Notes under the pieces: generated by a model
What the model was told of the DNA's origin: nothing
Database searches by the model: none
The model's input: the letters and a program-made list of their open reading frames with translations, nothing else
Made by a program: the position numbers and the translations under genes
From: Candidatus Sumerlaeia bacterium
GTDB taxonomy: Bacteria > Sumerlaeota > Sumerlaeia > SLMS01 > JANRJK01
Direction of reading: 5' to 3'
NCBI GenBank assembly: GCA_033764015.1
Contig: JANRJK010000035.1
Location: 1-52,395 of the forward strand
Length of the DNA: 52,395 bases
Part shown: in pieces, positions 46,956 to 52,395 of the stretch
Layout: the number at the start of each line of letters is the position of its first letter
How positions within the stretch are numbered: the stretch's first letter is position 1

Positions 46956-49900
46956 AACCGATTCGTCTTTTCCTCTCGGCCGTCGCGGCCCTTGCACTGC
47001 CTGCCGCGCTCCTCGCCGCGCCCGTGGTCACCAACGTGGGCTACCTCCAGCAACCCAACGGATCCGGTTCGACGCGCGTCCGCGTCACCTATGATCTCGC
47101 CTCGCCCAACGGCCCGGCGACGGTTTCGCTGCAATACTCAATGGACGGCGGGACGTCGATCTCGAACGCCACCACCACGACCGGCGATGTCGGCGCGGGC
47201 GTGACGCCCGGCACTGGCAAGACCATCGACTGGGCCGTGGCGACCGATCTCCCCGGGCAGCAGCTCCCCGCCAATTTCGTCGTTTTCGTCCTCGCCGAGG
47301 ACGGCGTGGCGATCCCGCTCGAGATCACGAGCAACGGCGGCGCCGTCCATCAGCTCGGCACGCAGACGCTGACCTTCACGTTCGTGGAGCCGGTCACCGG
47401 ATTCGACGCCACGGACGTGACGGTGACGAATGGGACCAAGGGCGCCTTTGCCGGTTCCGGCGCGGTGTACACACTCGATGTCACCAGCCCCGGCGGCACG
47501 GTGACGGCGTCCGTCGCGGCGAGCGCGGCGGCCTCGGTGGCTACCGGGACGGCGAGCGCCGCCGCCACCTTCTCCAACTTCTACCAGGACACCTGGACCA
47601 TCACGCTCCCCGGCGCGGTGCCGATGGAGCTGATCCGCATCCCGGGCGGCACGTTCACGATGGGCTCGCCGGTGACGGAGCTCTCCCGCGAGGTCGACCC
47701 TGCGCTGGGCGGCGACCTTGAGGCGCAGTACGAGGTGACGCTGAGCGAAGACTACTACATGGCAAAGACCGAGCTCACGCAGCAGCAGTGGCTCGCGATC
47801 CAGGCCTTCCCCCGCGCGCAGGGTTTCGTCGACGCCACGATGCCGGTCCACAACATCGTGTGGGGCGAAGTGCAGACGTGGCTGGCAGCGCTGAACGCGA
47901 ACCAGGGCCCGTCCGGCGTTTTCCGCATGCCGACAGAAGCCCAGTGGGAGCGCGCGTGCCGCGCCGGCACCACCACGCGCTTCTCCTACGGCGATGGGCT
48001 CCATCCGCTGGGGGCGGGAGGCGAGAACTGCGAGACGACCGCCGAGCGGGTCGCCAACATGTGGTACTGCGGGAACGACTCCCCGAACGGCACGAAGGTG
48101 GTCGCACAGCTGCCGGCCAACCCGTGGGGCCTGCATGACATGCACGGAAACGTGATCGAGCTTTGCCAGGATTGGTTCGGAGTCTACCCGGCGGGCCCGG
48201 TCACGGATCCCACCGGTGGCCCTCCCGCCACCTACTACACGGCTCGTGGCGGTTCCTGGCAGGACGGGGCGCAGTATGCGCGCTCCGCGCTCCGTTGGGC
48301 GATTCCTCCGAACCTGCCCAGTTCCAGCGTCGGCACCCGCGTTGCCGCCACCCGTCCTGTGACGCTGGTCATCACGAGCACCCAGCCCGCGGCGGTGCAC
48401 CAGTCCGCCGCGCAGACGCTCACGTTCACGTTCGGCGAGCCGGTGACCGGCTTCGACACCACGGACGTGACGGTGACGAACGCGACGAGGGGCACCTTCA
48501 CCCCGGTGTCCTCCACGGTGTACACGCTGGACATCACGAGCGCCGGCGGGAAGATCGACGTATCCGTTCCCGCCAACGCCGCGACGGAGACGAGCGCCTT
48601 CGCCATCGGCACCGCCGCCGCCACCTTCTCCAACTTCTACCAGGACACCTGGACGATCACGCTTCCCGGTTCCGTCCCCATGGAACTGATCCGCATCCCG
48701 GCGGGGACGTTCACGATGGGATCGCCCTCGGGCGAAACCTCACGCGGTCCGGAAGAAACGCAGCACACGGTGACACTGTCGCAGGACTTCTACCTCGGCA
48801 AGACGGAGGTGACGCAGGCGCAGTGGCTGGCAATCTACGGCGTCTTTCCCTCGGGTGGACAAGACCATGGCACGGGCGCCGGGAGCGAAACGCGGGCGGT
48901 TCACAGAGTCTCGCACAACGACATCATGGACGCCTCGACGGGATTCATGAAGCTGCTGAACGACCATATCACCGCCACGGTGCAAGGGCCTGCGACGGCA
49001 ACGCTGCCGACGGAATCCCAGTGGGAGTACGCCGCCCGCGCGGGGACCACGACGCGGTTCAACTTCGGCGACGGCCTGAGCACGGATGAGGACTGCGCCA
49101 CCGGCGGTGGCCGCGAGACGAATATGTGGTATTGCGGGAACAACTCGCCAAACGGAACGAAGCTCGTGGGCCAGAAGCCCGCGAACGCCTGGGGCCTGCG
49201 GGACATGCACGGCAACGTATGGGAATGGTGCTCGGACTGGTACGACACCTATCCGGGAACCGTCACCGACCCCACGGGGCCTGGGAGTGGCTCGGTCCGC
49301 GTGCTTCGCGGCGCCAGCTGGGTCACCAACGCCCGGAACTGCCGGTCGGCCCAGCGCAACACCCGCACGCCGACGCACCGGTCCGACTTCATCGGGTTCC
49401 GTGTCCTTGCAGTCCGGCCGATGCCGCTGACGATCACCAGCAGCGAAACCGCCCCGGTCCATCAGACGGCCACGCAGACGCTGACCTTCACGTTCGACAG
49501 TGCGGTTTCGGATTTCGACGCCGACGACGTTACGCTGACCGGCGCCACGAAGGGCACCTTCACGCCGGTGTCCTCCACGGTATACACGCTCGACATCACC
49601 GGAACCGGCGGGAAGATCGACGTATCCGTTCCCGCCAACGCCGCGACGGAGACGAGCGCCTTCGCCATCGGCACCGCCGCCGCCACCTTCTCCAACTTCT
49701 ACCAGGACACCTGGACCATCACGCTCCCCGGCTCGGTCGCGATGGAACTGATCCGCATCCCGGCGGGGACATTCACGATGGGCTCGCCGGCCGGTCCGAC
49801 TCCACCTGCGGAACTCTCGCGCGGTTCGGACGAAGTGCAACGCACGATCACGCTGACGCAGGACTTCTACCTCGGGAAGACGGAGGTGACGCAGAACCAG

Positions 49901-50458
49901 TGGGTTGCCCTCCAGTCCTTCCCGCAGGCCCAGAGCTTCGTCGGCGGCACGATGCCGGTTCACAACGTCTCCCACAACGACATCGGTTCGTGGATGACGG
50001 CCCTGAACACGCACGTGACGGAACCCGGCACGTTCAGCCTGCCGACGGAAGCGCAGTGGGAGTACGCCTGCCGGGCGGCCACCACGACGCGTTTCAACTT
50101 CGGCGATGGCTTCAGCGCGAACGAGTTCTGCTCCGCCGAGGCCGAACGCACCGACAACATGTGGTACTGCGGGAACAACTCGCCGAACGGGACGAAGGTG
50201 GTAGGGCAGAAACCCGCGAACGCCTGGGGCCTGCGCGACATGCACGGCAACGTGTGGGAATGGTGTGCGGACTGGTACGGAGCGTACGATCCGCTGGAGA
50301 CCGAGAATCCTGATGGGCCTGCATCCGGCTCGGCCCGCGTGTTTCGCGGCGGCGGCTGGCTAGCCGAAGCCCGGAGCTGCCGGTCGGCCCAGCGCAACGG
50401 CAACGGCCCGTCGAGCCGGGGCGGCAGCGTCGGGTTCCGTGTCCTCGCAGTCCGGTAA
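46952..50458 (+). CDS. Secreted protein: N-terminal Ig-like domain + 3x(Ig-like + FGE/SUMF1 C-type-lectin-fold domain); candidate DGR target
   Basis: Signal peptide; three 'TLTFTF..(P/A)V(T/S).FD..DVT' Ig-like units, each followed by 'MELIRIP.GTFTMGSP', 'PTE.QWE.A.RA', 'N.WGL.DMHGNV.E.C.DW', 'RG..W', 'G(F/T)RV'. Confidence 0.92.
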   Translation: MKPIRLFLSAVAALALPAALLAAPVVTNVGYLQQPNGSGSTRVRVTYDLASPNGPATVSLQYSMDGGTSISNATTTTGDVGAGVTPGTGKTIDWAVATDLPGQQLPANFVVFVLAEDGVAIPLEITSNGGAVHQLGTQTLTFTFVEPVTGFDATDVTVTNGTKGAFAGSGAVYTLDVTSPGGTVTASVAASAAASVATGTASAAATFSNFYQDTWTITLPGAVPMELIRIPGGTFTMGSPVTELSREVDPALGGDLEAQYEVTLSEDYYMAKTELTQQQWLAIQAFPRAQGFVDATMPVHNIVWGEVQTWLAALNANQGPSGVFRMPTEAQWERACRAGTTTRFSYGDGLHPLGAGGENCETTAERVANMWYCGNDSPNGTKVVAQLPANPWGLHDMHGNVIELCQDWFGVYPAGPVTDPTGGPPATYYTARGGSWQDGAQYARSALRWAIPPNLPSSSVGTRVAATRPVTLVITSTQPAAVHQSAAQTLTFTFGEPVTGFDTTDVTVTNATRGTFTPVSSTVYTLDITSAGGKIDVSVPANAATETSAFAIGTAAATFSNFYQDTWTITLPGSVPMELIRIPAGTFTMGSPSGETSRGPEETQHTVTLSQDFYLGKTEVTQAQWLAIYGVFPSGGQDHGTGAGSETRAVHRVSHNDIMDASTGFMKLLNDHITATVQGPATATLPTESQWEYAARAGTTTRFNFGDGLSTDEDCATGGGRETNMWYCGNNSPNGTKLVGQKPANAWGLRDMHGNVWEWCSDWYDTYPGTVTDPTGPGSGSVRVLRGASWVTNARNCRSAQRNTRTPTHRSDFIGFRVLAVRPMPLTITSSETAPVHQTATQTLTFTFDSAVSDFDADDVTLTGATKGTFTPVSSTVYTLDITGTGGKIDVSVPANAATETSAFAIGTAAATFSNFYQDTWTITLPGSVAMELIRIPAGTFTMGSPAGPTPPAELSRGSDEVQRTITLTQDFYLGKTEVTQNQWVALQSFPQAQSFVGGTMPVHNVSHNDIGSWMTALNTHVTEPGTFSLPTEAQWEYACRAATTTRFNFGDGFSANEFCSAEAERTDNMWYCGNNSPNGTKVVGQKPANAWGLRDMHGNVWEWCADWYGAYDPLETENPDGPASGSARVFRGGGWLAEARSCRSAQRNGNGPSSRGGSVGFRVLAVR
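48543..49716 (+). repeat. 112-bp identical direct repeat within modules 2 and 3 (48543..48654 = 49605..49716)
   Basis: ccggcgggaagatcgacg...caggacacctggac identical at offset 1062. Confidence 0.9.
49289..49417 (+). repeat. Candidate DGR variable repeat, internal (module 2)
   Basis: 129 nt collinear with 50327..50455; mismatches concentrated at codon positions 1-2. Confidence 0.65.
50327..50455 (+). repeat. Candidate DGR variable repeat, C-terminal (module 3)
   Basis: At the end of a CLec-fold domain, immediately before TAA; conserved 3' block gggttccgtgtcctYgcagtccgg. Confidence 0.7.
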
Positions 50459-50797
50459 GGCGGGCCAAGTAGCGAGGGCCGGGTGGGTGTTGCGGGGCTC
50501 TATCGGCCCCTCGGCAACCACCAATCCCTCGGGCTGTGTGCTCCTGGCAGAGCCCCGCGAGGGGATCAGGACCCCGGTTCCGCTGCTCGCGACCCCGGTG
50601 TTTCAGTGACCACTTGATCGTCCCGGTTCACCACCATCCCTCCACCGAAACTCAACCAAGCTCATGAGCCCCCCGTGCGACACCTCACTCTCCCGACCGG
50701 TCCCCCATTTCACTTGGCTAACAGGTGGGTTCGGGGAGTACTTGATAAACTCGCTACTGGCAGGCTCGACCACCCATCTCACGGAGCACGATTCCCA

Positions 50798-52395
50798 ATG
50801 AGGCACCTGCCAGTCGCCGGGCTTCTCACCTTAGCCGCGGCCCCCCTCTTCGCCATCTCCGGCCGCGGTGCTTCCGCGCCGGGGCCGCTCGACACCGTGC
50901 CGCCCATCGCGGGGTCGCTCACCGCTCCCCCCGCCGCTGCCACCACGGCGCAGGTGGATTTCTTCGGCGCCAGCGACGTCTCGGGCCTCGCCCGCGTCGA
51001 GCTGTGGGCCCGCGGGAGCGCCGCCTCGTGGGCGTTCACGTCGCTCTTCGACTCCGCCAATTCGGGCTTCTTCAATCACACGCCCGGCGCGACCGGCACC
51101 TACTACTTCGAGCTGGTCGCCGAGGACAGCGTCGGCAACCGAAGCGCTGCACCGTCGGGCGCAAGCGGCTCCGGCCAGGCCAACACGAACTTCCACTTAG
51201 ACCCGCCGGCAGGTGGCGACGACGGCGGCTCGATCTTCATCGATTCGCAGTTCCTCCAGGATTCGATCCTGTACGAGGGCGCCACGCCGGGCGTGGGCTT
51301 TCAGGTCCTGATCGCCGGCCGCCGCACGCAGGTCGGTGACAATGTCAACAATCGCGCCGAGCGCGGCCTCCTCGGCTTCGTTACGTCAATCCCCGGCGCC
51401 GAGGCGCGCACCGCGCAGCTCCGCCTGACCGTCGACGGCAAGACCGGCGACGTCTCGGGCCTTGGCGACCTCGATATCTACTACGCGGATCCGTTCTACG
51501 GCAGCACCGCGGGCTGGCAGGCGGGCGACTTCCAAGCCGCGCCGACCAGCGGGACGCCCGTTGCCACGATCCCGAACTCGGCGCTCGTCGAGGCGGCGGT
51601 TGGCGACGCGCTGTGGGTCTCGATCGACCCGACGCTCGTGCCGCTATCCGGCAACGTGCAGTTCCGCCTGCAGTTCGCAAACGGCACCGACGGCGACAAC
51701 GGGAACGACAACATCCGCTTCGGCGCCGGCGGGCAGTCCACGTCGAACCGGCACGAGCGCTCGGACCTCATCGTCGAGTTCGACCTCGCGACCACGAACG
51801 GCTGCGGCCTGAACCCGTCGACCGGCGGCTCGCCGCTGCTGCTCGATCCGCTGTACTCGCTCTCCGGCGCCGACGGTCAGGTGATCGAGTACACCCCCAA
51901 CTCCGGCATGGGCCTCCTCACCGACAACGCGAACGCTGTCGCGGAGTTCGGCGACCTGCCGACGAACCAGCAGGTGAAGGCGCTCCTCTGCTTCGACACG
52001 TTCGCGCTCGACAGCTATGGCGCCCCGGAAGTCACCAGCGCGTCGCTCTGCATCACGCGCGAGTCGTTCGCGGGCGATCCGTCGACGCTCGGCCGTGTGT
52101 ACGTCGAGATGCTCTGCCCGAACCAGGCGGCGTTCTTCGGTCCGACCGCGGGCCTCGAGCGCGAGGACTTCGAGTCGTACGCGTGGATCACGGACGCGAC
52201 GGCGGAGGAGCCCGTGCTGCCGACGGCGAACGGCGAGACGGTGTGTTGGCCGCTCAGCGCCGGAGCCCTCGCCGCGCTGAACCGCCTCGGGCCGACGCAG
52301 TTCCGCCTCCGCTTCGAGAACGCGGAATCGGACAACGCCACGAAGGACACGTTCCGGTTCTATACCGGCAACGCTTCGGGCACGAACCGCGCGCG
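50798..52395 (+). CDS. Secreted modular protein, partial (runs off right edge): signal peptide, Ig-like domain, two tandem 'GD...F...QFRL.F' beta domains
   Basis: Hand-translated frame from ATG 50798 is open to the window end; paralog of <1..1288. Resemblance to DNRLRE/CBM96-like domains is inference. Confidence 0.85.
   Translation, partial: MRHLPVAGLLTLAAAPLFAISGRGASAPGPLDTVPPIAGSLTAPPAAATTAQVDFFGASDVSGLARVELWARGSAASWAFTSLFDSANSGFFNHTPGATGTYYFELVAEDSVGNRSAAPSGASGSGQANTNFHLDPPAGGDDGGSIFIDSQFLQDSILYEGATPGVGFQVLIAGRRTQVGDNVNNRAERGLLGFVTSIPGAEARTAQLRLTVDGKTGDVSGLGDLDIYYADPFYGSTAGWQAGDFQAAPTSGTPVATIPNSALVEAAVGDALWVSIDPTLVPLSGNVQFRLQFANGTDGDNGNDNIRFGAGGQSTSNRHERSDLIVEFDLATTNGCGLNPSTGGSPLLLDPLYSLSGADGQVIEYTPNSGMGLLTDNANAVAEFGDLPTNQQVKALLCFDTFALDSYGAPEVTSASLCITRESFAGDPSTLGRVYVEMLCPNQAAFFGPTAGLEREDFESYAWITDATAEEPVLPTANGETVCWPLSAGALAALNRLGPTQFRLRFENAESDNATKDTFRFYTGNASGTNRA
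51218..51881 (+). repeat. Right copy of long inverted repeat
   Basis: Reverse complement of 1..664, about 92% identical. Confidence 0.95.

Noticed and set aside
1339..46997. Many long Arg/Ala/Pro-rich alternative ORFs (e.g. 8727..10751, 12049..14100, 25781..27838, 35106..38183)
   Set aside because: Antisense or off-frame shadows of recognisable genes, expected at this GC content.
48230..48355. Module 1 end as a third variable repeat of the same template
   Set aside because: Scaffold codons and the 3' block differ throughout (GTRVAATR vs GFRVLAVR).
46952..50458. True formylglycine-generating enzyme
   Set aside because: The catalytic Cys pair after RGGS is absent, the protein is secreted and modular, and no sulfatase is adjacent.
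50459..50797. Intergenic region as DGR template repeat
   Set aside because: No similarity to the variable repeats and no AAC-rich tract; no RT ORF recognised anywhere in the window.
1..52395. CRISPR array, IS element, rRNA, prophage
   Set aside because: No spaced short repeats, transposase, rRNA-like or phage genes recognised.

Overview
Very GC-rich bacterial chromosomal segment. Lineage is an inference only: the short C-terminal '..[DA]W.LL' tails and modular secreted proteins are reminiscent of Ca. Sumerlaeota/BRC1. The core (about 2-46 kb) is mostly housekeeping and envelope genes: panC, panB, ribBA, mnmA, gltX, trpA, truB, a pseudouridine synthase, lepB, a XerC/D recombinase, a PilG/H/I-like ABC cluster, TolC plus adaptor, glycosyltransferases, two Ser/Thr kinases, a PAS hybrid kinase, tRNA-Glu and tRNA-Leu. 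The most interesting part follows tRNA-Leu. A 61-aa secreted mini-protein is translationally coupled to a 1168-aa secreted protein with three Ig-like + FGE/SUMF1 (C-type-lectin fold) modules. The 3' ends of modules 2 and 3 differ almost only at codon positions 1-2 of NNC codons, the footprint expected of diversity-generating-retroelement (DGR) variable repeats, but no RT or template repeat is in the window. The next gene re-uses the mini-protein's upstream region and N-terminus. Its C-terminal part is a ~92%-identical inverted paralog of the gene running off the left edge, which carries a different, lower-GC head. Together this suggests a mix-and-match, possibly hypervariable, surface-protein system. 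All counts are by-eye alignments.
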